A stretch of DNA of 64,000 nucleotides from Epithemia pelagica. Taxonomy: Eukaryota; Protista; Bacillariophyta. The notes below the pieces were generated by a model that was given only the letters and a program-made list of their open reading frames with translations, ran no database searches and was not told the DNA's origin. This document shows, in pieces, positions 40,178-50,065 of the stretch; the stretch's first letter is position 1, and each line of letters opens with the position of its first letter. Where the stretch lies: contig OX337228.1 of NCBI GenBank assembly GCA_946965045.2, positions 1,302,001-1,366,000 on the forward strand, written 5' to 3'. A program made the position numbers and the translations under genes.

Positions 40178-43100
40178 TCACCATCCTTGATTTAGTTTTC
40201 GGATGGTCTCAAAGGTTTCTCGAGCCAGACCTTTCGTGAGGATGTCGGCCCGTTGCAGCTTGGTGTCGATTTTGGAAATCGTAACCGTGCGATCTTCCAT
40301 ATTGGGTTTCGAGGACACAATGGTTGCGTTTGTGGCTTTCACCTGGGACCAAAACCAGTGCCACTTGTTGTTTAGCGAGCGAGATCGAGAGGTGAGACGT
40401 TGGTTGGTGGCCACAAGGTAAGCACTATTGTTGTCCTCATGGACTTCTGCAGTAATCCGTGGCACACTTGGATTGATGCTCACACAAGAGTTTAACTCGT
40501 TCAAGACTTCTTGCAACCAGACCACAACTCGCATGGCTTGGGACAGAGCCACGTATTCGGAGTGAAAGGTGCTCGTTGCAATTTCGCTTTGCAATTGAGA
40601 TTTCCAAACCAGAGGACTTCCCCCGAAGAAGATGATATACCCAGTTCGGGACTTGGCGCTTGTTGGATCATCTTCTGGTTCTCGGCCGTGCAGACCCATG
40701 AAGTCTGCATCGACATAACAATCAAGCCGGTAATCTTTGCTTGGGCGAAAGATGGTGCCGTTGTCGATGGTTCGTGAGAGATATCGGATGATGGCTTTGA
40801 CGGCTTGAGCGTGCGATTGTTTTGGATCATTGGAAAAACGTGCCACTTGGCTCACGGCAAACGTTATATCTGGCCGTGTGTTGGTGGAGAGATACAACAA
40901 CATACCAACCACTGACCGATAGTTCCAATTGTCTTTCATGGGAGGTCCGTTGGGATCACTTCCCAATCCAATCTGCGCTGCAGGGGTCCAATTTCCATTG
41001 CAATCTTCCATCTTTGTGGTTTGGAGGATGCGCTTGATTAAGCCGGGTTGAGTCATTACAATCTCGTCCTTGTTCCGCTTGAAATCGATTCCCAGGTATT
41101 CTGCGAAATCGGAGTCTTTGGACAATTCGAAACCTTTTGTTTTCAGTCGTTCAATGAATGCGTCCACAAGAGTCATGGTGGGTGCAACGATGCCACAATC
41201 ATCCACCCAAATAAAGAGAAGCATGTCTGGTTTCATGAAGAAACATTCGTCATGGTCGCTTTTCTTGAAACCATCTTCCAAGAGAGCTTCAATGAGTTTC
41301 TCATACCATAATCTAGGGGCAATGGTCAAACCGTAGAGACTCTTCAGTAGACGTAGGCAGGTGGGTTCTGAGCGGGTTGACTTGAAACCAGGTGGTATGT
41401 GGATCCAGATGGGTTCCTTGAGTTTTGCCTGGACGAAGGCATTGCTGAAGTCTATGCATACCATTACCCATTGTTGACTTAGAGCGTAAATCATGCAAAT
41501 TCGGATGATTGCCCAATTTACAACTGGTGAATAGGCGTCTGGTGCTTGTTCTTGAAGGTCGCCTCTCACGCAGTAGCGTCCTTTGTGCTTCTTGATTGTT
41601 CCATCGGCGTGGCGTTTTCGTTTGAAAACCCATGTGCCTGGTAGAATCTTGGTTTTGGCAGCCGACTGTGGCTCTTCAATCCATGTCTCTTTTTCTGTTA
41701 GCTCATTAATTTCTTGTTTTGCGGCCTTGCGCCAGTGAAGAAGGTCTGCATCTTTCAACGCTTGATCGTAGCTCAGAGTGTCGGGGTCTACGATGGTTGC
41801 TTTGAAGAGTCCAATTGTGGCTTGAAAGGGTAGGTTGTCAAGAGTATTGACGTGGGCAAGGTAGGACTTGTGTGTGGGGTCCATGGATTCGACGAGACGA
41901 TTGGGTGAACGTCGGTTTCGGCCGGATCGACGAGGGGCTGGAGAGGCATGCTCCCTCTGGTTGGATGGCTCCCTCTGTTTGGTTGGCTCCCTCTGTGGCT
42001 TGTGTTCAGGTGGTTGTGATTTGGGGGCAGGAGGAGCCTGTGTTGGTGTACTCTCCCTCTGCTCCGGGGGCATGGTCCAATCATCGTCAAGGGAAAGAGG
42101 AGGGAGTTTGTGCGGTGCAGCCAAAGTGGTGAGAGGAGGATTGGTCGACATGCGCGACGGAGCATCGGCAGGCGACGACGGAACACTGGGTGGGGCAGAC
42201 ACTGGTCGTGGAGGACTGACTGGGTGGGGCAAGGGAGGGTCAGCCGTGGTTGAAGTTGGTGGGACGGCAGGGGTGTCGTATTCCAGTGGAACAGGAGGGG
42301 TCGCGTTTTCCATGGCCTCAAAGATCTTGTTTTTGGTGAGTTCGGAGGCAGTGGCTTCGGGCGCGTCATTCGGAGAATCGTCGTCTGCTGATGGATCGTC
42401 GTATCCTGGTGAGTGCAGAATGTTGTCCATGTTTGCAAAGATTTGGTCAACTGTTGCATGTGGTGAGTGGGAGTTTTCGTTGGTTGCTGCCACTGTTGCA
42501 AACCAGTCGTCGAAGACAACGTGGTATTGCGGTGAGATTGTGCCCGTGTCGAGGTTGAGTACGAGTGGAGCGGTGAGTGCATGTTGTTGGGAGAATCCAA
42601 CAAACATGCAGCGTTGACTTCTTGGCTTCCATCGTGGTAATTTCTTACCGTCTTGTATTGTTTTGTTCAGAACATATGCCGGTGCACCCCAGACATGAAG
42701 ATCGTGGAAGCGACGTTGCTCCCATCTTGTCTTGGTGAAGAGGTCGATGGGGGAAATTCCTGTTTCAATCTTTGGGAGTCGGTTGTAGATGAAAACAGCA
42801 TGGTCGACGGCCATGGGCCAAAGAGTTGGGTCTGCAACTTCGGGCCAATGGGTGGCGGCGTGTAACATCATGGTCCTTGCCATGGACATGATGGTTTGGA
42901 TGCTGCGCTCTGCCACGCCATTGTGGTGGTGTGCGCCTACACCAGCAAAGCTTGTTACTTGCTGAAAGGTTTGCAGGTGCTCGGTGTATTTCTTCGAGGT
43001 GAAAGCGGTGCCATTGTCTGTGTGATATTGTTGAATGATCACTCCTTGGTTCTGACATCGTTGTTCGTATTCTGTTTTTGCTTTTAGTGTTTGGTGGGTG

Positions 43101-46100
43101 TTAAGGTGAGTTTGCATGGATACGTCGATGTATCCACTTGCGTGGTCTACGAAAATGCATCCACCGCTAAGCATTGCTTCTTCTTTGGTTTTGCCTTTTG
43201 ATGTGTAGAGGCGTCCTTTTGTCGAGCAGATGAAGTGGTCTGCTGAAACTTGTTGACCGGGAAAAAGGTGGTTCTTTTTCAGGGCTCCTTCTTTGTCTTG
43301 TATTTTGACGGTTTTCTGTCCTGGGGAGTGCCTGGTCTTTTGTTTTCCATAAAGACAAGCGGCACACAACGGAGGAGTTGTCAGTTTGCAGACGGCAGTG
43401 TGGAGTCGTCGCGACGACTCGTCATTCGACAATACACCAGAGCGGAGAACAAACTGGACGACGCGGAAGGGTGCATGTCCAAACCGGATGTGCCATTGGC
43501 TCCAGACCTTTTGTGGTGCTGAGAGGTTTATGTTTCGTTCGTCAACTGTGGTGACAGTGGCAACGAATGCAGAGACTGAACGGTTCACTCCTAGTCGGTG
43601 GTAGCAGATACTTTTCGGTAAGTTGCTTTCGGCTTCGATTTCGACTTTTATTGGTCCTCGAGCAGGGTCGTTTCTCACACCGCTGAGTTTGAGTCCTTGT
43701 GGTTCGATTTTTATGGTTTCTCCTTGGTATCGTTGTAAGAGGCTGCTTGTACTGAGAAGCCGACAGCCAGCTGCGGGTATGTACAGAGCAAGGAGTTCGA
43801 TACATCGTAGCCGTCCATGGACGTCTTTGATGTACCATTCCACGACTCCTTGGCTTTCGACTTGTGCTCCTTCGGCCAAACCTTGGACCTGATAGTCAGG
43901 AGGTACGTCCCTCACTTTGTTTGGAATGAAATCGGTCTTGTCGTTCGTGATGGAGACACTTGCGCCTGAATCCCAAATGAGGAGAAAAGCTTGTTTGTCT
44001 TCCATTTCTGACTGAAATTTTCGTGGGTGATTGATTGCAGCTTGGAGCGCCAGATTTTGGCTCATGGTGTAAGCATGTGCCTGTATGGTGGTGGTGCTCA
44101 TGAGTGATGGAAGTGGCTGTGGTCCTTGCAGTGGTCTAATCGTTGTATTGTTTGTCCTGTCTCGTTTGTGTTTCTTACGGTTTCGTCGATGTGTTGGTTT
44201 CCGTGGTTTGGACTTTGGGTGAGATCGGTGTCGGTCGTGGTGGGAGCGAGGTTTCGGTGCCACAGCAATGGCATGGGTTGGTTGGTATTCTCCCTCTGAT
44301 GTGGTACAGAGACCGAGTGCTGAGCGCAGCCATCGTCCAACAGAGCGGACCAAGGACATGCCAGAGTTTGGGGAGAGACATGTAACAATCAACCGGTGGG
44401 TGAGACAATCCACGGGTGAGTGGAGGGGACGCGACAAAGAGTGAACAATCTGCAAAGCAGCTGTAGCGCCTCCAAAACAGGAAAGGAGGTATGGGAGTGC
44501 CTTTCTTGGAGCCAGATGTGGACCAATACACAACAAACCAGTGCCGAGCAAACCGGTGAGAGCGCCTTGCTTCACGGTTATCATCAGTGTTCTTGTAGAA
44601 GGCAGTGGTGGAAAGAATTGATGACGATTGGGATTAGAAGGAAGGTTCAGACGGAGTGGTTTCTTTTTCTTTCGTTTCGGTTTTGTCATAAACTTGGTGG
44701 TCGCAACATGGGCGGCTGGTTTGCTGGGCAGGTTGGTCAGATGTTCGTCGTGGGAGTCCGGGGTGATGTCATTTGGATTGATGGTGATATCCATGGCATG
44801 ACCAGGGAGTCCTTGTTTGTTCTGCTTGATGATGATGGCACCATAGTCGGAGATGGTGGCCAACTCCCATGCTGTGTGCAGGGTACTGCTCAGACTTGGT
44901 GTTTCCATGCTAAGACGGCTGTGATGTACTTGCTCGTCTAGTTGGAGAGCGGTTAGTGCTTCCTTCAGTTTCTGTTGGAGAGAAGGTAGTTGTTGTTCTA
45001 AAGTCTTCTTCAAACGTGGATTTTCTTCTTTGTGATAGGCCGTGTGTGTGTGGATAAAGTGCTCCACTAGGCTCTCAATGTGGTCTTGACGGATGGCTGG
45101 GTCGTCGTCTCCCATCATTTGCCTTTGACGAGTTGCGAAGGGAATAATGGGAGAGGAGGGACGTTTCTTGGGGGCTGAGGGCTCGCCCGGCGCGTGGAAG
45201 AGTCGTGTTGGGGTGATGAACGACAGATCTAGGCTGTTGGGCGAGAGTGCACTGTAAGTACTGGGAGGCGTTTCCCTCTCAATGGGGGATACTTCATCGT
45301 CTTGAATCGCCGGCATCTTCCTATCAGGTGTTGGTTGGTCTTGTTCATGGAAGTTGGGCGGTTCTTTTTGGTCTTGTTCTTGATTTACTGGACAGTCTGA
45401 CGGAATTTTCGTGTGGATGTCAGTGTTCGGTGGATCTTCATTCTTGTCGAATGTGAATGTTGCTTCATAGAAGTCATACCAGGTGTCATCGGTTCGTTCA
45501 GTTTCGCCGACATTTGAGTTGTTGTACTCTTTCCAAGGTGAGTTGATGGTTGCCACTTTGGCATTGAGATTCAGTTTATTTAGATCTACGGTAAAGTCGA
45601 TGTCCGGTGGTTCGGGTGCTGGATCTTGTTCTTCATCTGTCTCACTCTCGTTGTTTGTTTCGTTTGCCATCGTAGGTGGGCAGGCTCCGTCGTTGTTGTC
45701 ATCATCGTGATCGTTGTCATCTGCTTCGTCGTCGGCGTCTCCATTTGGGTCGTCGTCGTCGGTGTCTTCATCTTCTTCCTCTTCGTCATCTTCTTCATCG
45801 TCTTGGTCATTTTCTCCGTCGGCTGCATCGTTGTCGGTGGTGCTTGCGGTGTCACCTGTCTCGGTAGCTTCGTCGTCGGAGTCTTCTGGTGGATGAACAA
45901 TGCGGTGCAGGTTCATGACGCGGCGTAGTTCATCCGTTGCAGCTTGGATGAAGGCTTGTCGGATGTTGGGTGGAAGAGCCATCAAGTCTCGGTTTGGGGC
46001 GTTTCGATCGTTGTCTTCTTCTTCGTCCGATGATTCTGCGATTGAGAGGTCGTCGGGGTCAATGAATGTGAGGGGACGAAATGTTGCCGGAGCTTGATGA

Positions 46101-48067
46101 AGGCCATATGGTGTGATTGGTCGTGGAACGAGAGGTGGGAGTTCGACGGATTCGTCGGTTTGGTCGGAATCGACGTTCCTGAACAGAGAGGCCAAGTCTG
46201 GATCCTCTTCTTCGTCGTCTTGAAAGTGTGGAATCAGTGGAGGCGGTTCTGTGGTTGCGGAGCTTTCATCGCTTGCATCGTTGGATTTGGCGTCGTCGCA
46301 ACAATCAACCGGTCTCGTATCCAACAACATGTCGGTGGGTTCAACGGTGTTGTTGAGGAGAGACTCGTTTTGTGTGGTGTCTCGACGTTCTTCTCCCTCT
46401 GAAACAACAATCGACACATTATCATCATCATCTTCGGGGCCCGATGCGGAGAACGTGTCCCAGAACGAGTCAGAGATGGATGGCATGCTGTCGATGTCGT
46501 CTTGGGTTTGATCAGGAGCGACAGAGTCGAAATCTTCGACTGAGAGGAGGTTTCGGACGGGAAATCGTGCTGCCCAGGCGCCAGCATCAAGATCTAGGGA
46601 GATCATGTTTGCCTGAGGGGCTGCGATTCCGCCAGGGTTGGATGTTTTCTTGTTGGACTTGGAGTGTCCCTTGTAGTCATCCGAGTGCTGTGCCGTGGAG
46701 TGGGTGCCGGTCCATCGGCCGCAGTGGGCGCACCAGTACCAAGTTTTCCCTTCGACTGTCTTCGTTTCGGACTGTCCTTGGGAGGGTGCTTGGTACTTCC
46801 AGTTGACGGAGGATCCCGAGTGTGATTTGGTGGTTGTCTTGTTGTTGCTTCTGGAGGTGCGATTGGAGTTTCCCTTGGGTTTCTGGTTGAGAGATCCGCG
46901 ACTGCCACCGCGCGAGTGTGCGCGTGGTCCGGAAGCTTGCTTGGAACTTTTGTGGGGACAATCTTTTGCCCAGTGGTCGAAACTGCCACAAATTAGACAT
47001 GCTCCTTTCGACAAGGGGGTGTCGCCCATGTGTTGACGAAGGGCCATGGCTTGTACTTCCGAGAGGTTGGCAAAGGCTGCAGGAGGTGTCTTGGAGTCTT
47101 TGTTGTGGGTAGAAGCTGGCCATTTCTTGAGGTTCATGGCATCCATGTACAGAGCTTCGGCTTTGTCACAGATGTGGGCAAAGGAGAGTCCTTCTTTATC
47201 AAGAGTATCTTGTTGGTCTTGTTCCGTCATGTATCGAATCTCGAGAATTCGTTGTTGAACTTGTGGGTACAGATTCAACAATCCAAGGTTGTACAAGGGA
47301 TCACCATTTGCGAGTGCAAAGGCTTGGAGAACGGACAAGGTAAGTGTTTGTTTGTAAAATCCTGATGCAAACAGATCCTCACAATCTGCCTTCATGTGTG
47401 CAGCCATTTCAGAGATGTTCTGCCCTGGATACATGAATGGGGTTCGGCTTGCGATCTTGGCGGATAAAGCATCGTATTTCTGAACCGAGTCGGATTGGAG
47501 AAGGTTAATAAAAGTCATCCAGGTAACGAGAAAGGAGTCCGTTGTGTTCGTCTTTGTTTCTAACATCTTGCGAATCTTCAGTTCGACAGAGTCGAGGAGA
47601 CACATGCGTGCAGCGGTGTCGTTCTCTGAATCATATGGGTCGAAGTTGGCGCAGTGCACGGGGGCTGCCTTCTGCACAAGCTTGAGGTTAAAGCGGGTGT
47701 GCTCATTTACAATGTGTCGCATCTCGTTTGGGTTGGCTGGATCGGCGAGGTAGCAGATGGTGTCGAGACCTCGGAGTACGAAGATGTCGTTGAGACGCTT
47801 CATAAATTCGTGGAGGTTGTCTCCCTTTTTGTAACGAATTGACAATCCACTGCAGCGAGTCTCGAATCCGGTGATGTCTTTGCCGAATCGTCGTTGGTGA
47901 GGAGTTGCAGGGTAGGTTTTGGCGGTTGGGTCGAGTCCTTTCCAGGTGGGGAGAGGCTTTCCGCCGGTCCAAGCCGCCCACTTGTACTCGTCGAGTTGAA
48001 CAAGATCGCCCATTGTGGGCTTGGGTGGCTTGAAAGTGGGCTTGGGTGTAGTTTCAGAACTTGCCAT
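40178..48067 (-). CDS. Gag-Pol polyprotein, 2629 aa
   Basis: Zinc knuckle CLICGSFDHWAKDC, protease IWDSGAS, integrase HHCC plus SADHF/TDNGT/GVAERS, RT WVFKRK/LYGL/WVDD, RNase H DADF/EDNNSA/ADILTK. Confidence 0.96.
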   Translation of the reverse strand: MASSETTPKPTFKPPKPTMGDLVQLDEYKWAAWTGGKPLPTWKGLDPTAKTYPATPHQRRFGKDITGFETRCSGLSIRYKKGDNLHEFMKRLNDIFVLRGLDTICYLADPANPNEMRHIVNEHTRFNLKLVQKAAPVHCANFDPYDSENDTAARMCLLDSVELKIRKMLETKTNTTDSFLVTWMTFINLLQSDSVQKYDALSAKIASRTPFMYPGQNISEMAAHMKADCEDLFASGFYKQTLTLSVLQAFALANGDPLYNLGLLNLYPQVQQRILEIRYMTEQDQQDTLDKEGLSFAHICDKAEALYMDAMNLKKWPASTHNKDSKTPPAAFANLSEVQAMALRQHMGDTPLSKGACLICGSFDHWAKDCPHKSSKQASGPRAHSRGGSRGSLNQKPKGNSNRTSRSNNKTTTKSHSGSSVNWKYQAPSQGQSETKTVEGKTWYWCAHCGRWTGTHSTAQHSDDYKGHSKSNKKTSNPGGIAAPQANMISLDLDAGAWAARFPVRNLLSVEDFDSVAPDQTQDDIDSMPSISDSFWDTFSASGPEDDDDNVSIVVSEGEERRDTTQNESLLNNTVEPTDMLLDTRPVDCCDDAKSNDASDESSATTEPPPLIPHFQDDEEEDPDLASLFRNVDSDQTDESVELPPLVPRPITPYGLHQAPATFRPLTFIDPDDLSIAESSDEEEDNDRNAPNRDLMALPPNIRQAFIQAATDELRRVMNLHRIVHPPEDSDDEATETGDTASTTDNDAADGENDQDDEEDDEEEEDEDTDDDDPNGDADDEADDNDHDDDNNDGACPPTMANETNNESETDEEQDPAPEPPDIDFTVDLNKLNLNAKVATINSPWKEYNNSNVGETERTDDTWYDFYEATFTFDKNEDPPNTDIHTKIPSDCPVNQEQDQKEPPNFHEQDQPTPDRKMPAIQDDEVSPIERETPPSTYSALSPNSLDLSFITPTRLFHAPGEPSAPKKRPSSPIIPFATRQRQMMGDDDPAIRQDHIESLVEHFIHTHTAYHKEENPRLKKTLEQQLPSLQQKLKEALTALQLDEQVHHSRLSMETPSLSSTLHTAWELATISDYGAIIIKQNKQGLPGHAMDITINPNDITPDSHDEHLTNLPSKPAAHVATTKFMTKPKRKKKKPLRLNLPSNPNRHQFFPPLPSTRTLMITVKQGALTGLLGTGLLCIGPHLAPRKALPYLLSCFGGATAALQIVHSLSRPLHSPVDCLTHRLIVTCLSPNSGMSLVRSVGRWLRSALGLCTTSEGEYQPTHAIAVAPKPRSHHDRHRSHPKSKPRKPTHRRNRKKHKRDRTNNTTIRPLQGPQPLPSLMSTTTIQAHAYTMSQNLALQAAINHPRKFQSEMEDKQAFLLIWDSGASVSITNDKTDFIPNKVRDVPPDYQVQGLAEGAQVESQGVVEWYIKDVHGRLRCIELLALYIPAAGCRLLSTSSLLQRYQGETIKIEPQGLKLSGVRNDPARGPIKVEIEAESNLPKSICYHRLGVNRSVSAFVATVTTVDERNINLSAPQKVWSQWHIRFGHAPFRVVQFVLRSGVLSNDESSRRLHTAVCKLTTPPLCAACLYGKQKTRHSPGQKTVKIQDKEGALKKNHLFPGQQVSADHFICSTKGRLYTSKGKTKEEAMLSGGCIFVDHASGYIDVSMQTHLNTHQTLKAKTEYEQRCQNQGVIIQQYHTDNGTAFTSKKYTEHLQTFQQVTSFAGVGAHHHNGVAERSIQTIMSMARTMMLHAATHWPEVADPTLWPMAVDHAVFIYNRLPKIETGISPIDLFTKTRWEQRRFHDLHVWGAPAYVLNKTIQDGKKLPRWKPRSQRCMFVGFSQQHALTAPLVLNLDTGTISPQYHVVFDDWFATVAATNENSHSPHATVDQIFANMDNILHSPGYDDPSADDDSPNDAPEATASELTKNKIFEAMENATPPVPLEYDTPAVPPTSTTADPPLPHPVSPPRPVSAPPSVPSSPADAPSRMSTNPPLTTLAAPHKLPPLSLDDDWTMPPEQRESTPTQAPPAPKSQPPEHKPQREPTKQREPSNQREHASPAPRRSGRNRRSPNRLVESMDPTHKSYLAHVNTLDNLPFQATIGLFKATIVDPDTLSYDQALKDADLLHWRKAAKQEINELTEKETWIEEPQSAAKTKILPGTWVFKRKRHADGTIKKHKGRYCVRGDLQEQAPDAYSPVVNWAIIRICMIYALSQQWVMVCIDFSNAFVQAKLKEPIWIHIPPGFKSTRSEPTCLRLLKSLYGLTIAPRLWYEKLIEALLEDGFKKSDHDECFFMKPDMLLFIWVDDCGIVAPTMTLVDAFIERLKTKGFELSKDSDFAEYLGIDFKRNKDEIVMTQPGLIKRILQTTKMEDCNGNWTPAAQIGLGSDPNGPPMKDNWNYRSVVGMLLYLSTNTRPDITFAVSQVARFSNDPKQSHAQAVKAIIRYLSRTIDNGTIFRPSKDYRLDCYVDADFMGLHGREPEDDPTSAKSRTGYIIFFGGSPLVWKSQLQSEIATSTFHSEYVALSQAMRVVVWLQEVLNELNSCVSINPSVPRITAEVHEDNNSAYLVATNQRLTSRSRSLNNKWHWFWSQVKATNATIVSSKPNMEDRTVTISKIDTKLQRADILTKGLARETFETIRKLNQGW

Positions 48068-48288
48068 GCTGGAGGTGTCCGAGGCGTTTCCGTGAGAACT
48101 GGAACTGTTGAAGACGATTTCTTCTTCAATTGGCTCAAAGGAGAAGTGGCTCCCTAGAGTCGATGGCGAAGCGTCGCTTGGGGTAGACAGCTTGTTGGCC
48201 TGTCAAAAATCTCGAGAAGGGGTACTAGTCCGACGATGATGGTCGTTGGGCTAGAACAGAGGAAACGATAGCGGGTTAGGCTGTAATT

Positions 48289-48302
48289 TGGGCGTAATAA
48301 CC
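48289..48302 (-). promoter_or_regulatory. Putative primer-binding site GGTTATTACGCCCA (half-tRNA type)
   Basis: Immediately follows the 5' LTR; starts GGTTAT like the copia/Ty5 internal-tRNA PBS rather than TGG. Confidence 0.6.
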
Positions 48303-48807
48303 TGTCAGAGTCACTAGCATACACTGGGTATACTAATAGCTAGGGGAATACCGCGTAGTCGGGGTGGAGATTGATCAAGTCTCCACACCAACCTAGAAGT
48401 CTTTTGCGTTGCAAAAACTCCTGTATCGATATTATAATTAAAGCTATAGAGTAAACAAAGTGATCTTGAGTTCCTCATTTTGATTCCTCGCTTTGGCTTC
48501 CAGGAATTGATCTGCTATCTTGCAACGCACAGCTTGATTCAAATGGACGATAGTTATCTCATTTTGTTGTTTGCTGTGTCATAGGTTAGTTAGCAAAACA
48601 TGAGTGTCGTAGACACAAACAACGAATGGCCCGGCGTTCTGTGGCGCCAAAAGCCCATCCTGCGCGTTATGCATGCGCGGATTCCGACATGTAGGCTTAT
48701 ATCATTGGGTCATGCAACACAAACTGCCAGTCGTGAAAATTCAATATTTCAAAAACACAAATACAAATTTCGAAACGCGACTGGTGCTAAAAACATAAAC
48801 TGCGACT
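48303..48807 (-). repeat. 5' LTR (505 bp)
   Basis: Direct repeat of 39647-40151 at offset 8656. Confidence 0.95.
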
Positions 48808-49084
48808 GTTGTTCCCAGTTGGGCAATTCAAAGCCCTCCACGGCGGCTGGTGCATTGGCAGTTGCACCCAGAGTTGACGCGCCACCACAATCATTCGAAG
48901 TGGAAATGGTTTGATGACTGTGACTTGTTTTCGCTGTGGTGGTGGTGGGTGTTTGCGAAATCGCATCCTCTGCCGCAGCGACCATGCTTGTGAGTGCAGT
49001 GGTCGGACCTTTCTTGGAATGCGACTTGGAAAGCCGTGCATTAAGCGGATTCAAACTACCAGTACTATTGTGTCGCGTTAACAT
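48808..49084 (-). pseudogene. N-terminal part (about 92 codons) of the interrupted multi-UIM gene
   Basis: ATG 49084 (MLTRHNSTG...ELPNWEQ) runs open into the TSD and continues PTSDTIASQVRNKKLPKT on the other side of the element. Confidence 0.78.
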
Positions 49085-50065
49085 GAAAGACGAGGAAGAT
49101 GACAAGGATGGATGTTGGCTACGAATTGTATATTCGTAATTCGTTCAAGATGAAGAAGACAAGGGATTTGGTGTTTTTAGTGCCATTTTGAGAAGCTTTA
49201 CCCAACCAACTATCATTCTCAAACAACCTGTTGGGAGCAAGCCACTATGACATTTCACGATCAGCCCAACGGACTTGTTTTATCGAAACTCTGGAGTGTG
49301 CAAATGCAAGAGGTCGACGGGCAGGAGGTTTGCTATGGAAGCTATGGGATCTCTCTAGAGGTAGGACTTCAACTATGCTCTCCTCAAACCTCGAGATCCT
49401 GTCTCTTGGACGGCGATCTCATCTTCCGTACCTTACGCACTCTACCCCTAATTCAAATGGGCAGGATACTACCTTGGCTCTCTACGTCTTCCTCTACGTC
49501 TACCGGCTAACTAGGCTGAGAAAGGTGGGAGAAGTATAATCTTGTGGTTGTAATCTAGGTAGGTATCTTCATCTACCTAGAGAGATAGAGGGAGGAGTAG
49601 GCCTGATTAGATATCCATAATATATGTGCAAGTCCAACTCGTTGTTGTCCCAGTGATGCGTGCGTCATCTCGAGATTACAAAGGCGACCGGCTGTCGTAT
49701 TTGAATCCCAAGCGATGAATCGTCTACCTAGAACAAAAAGACATAGATACCCCGAAGAACGAATCCCACTCAAAGCTCAGGGAGTAACTAGCAACATTTC
49801 TTGAATGCCTAGAATATGCTTGCCAACGTCGCTCTATGTCGTGTTTTGTCGAAGAACCATGGACGAGGTTATTAAGACAAGGCACTGCGGGCCATCAGAG
49901 AACGAAAAAATGGATATCTCGTAGTCCTTGCCATCTATCATCGCGAGACAACATTGAGGACGCTGTCCCTGTTGTGCCATCCGTGACGATATCACCTTTT
50001 TTACATTCGACGTCCGAAGTCCTAAGGCAGAAACATCCTCAGAGAATCTCGACTCGTTCACAAAA

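Larger units (their letters stand above)
39647..48807 (-). mobile_element. Intact Ty1/copia (CoDi-like) LTR retrotransposon, 9,161 bp
   Basis: Two 505-bp LTRs, 5-bp TSD GTTGT (39642-46, 48808-12), a single gag-pol ORF in PR-INT-RT-RH order, PPT and PBS. Confidence 0.97.

Noticed and set aside
44300-44600. env gene in the copia element
   Set aside because: The hydrophobic segment lies inside gag-pol upstream of the protease, not in a separate 3' ORF, and no signal peptide or fusion motif is seen.
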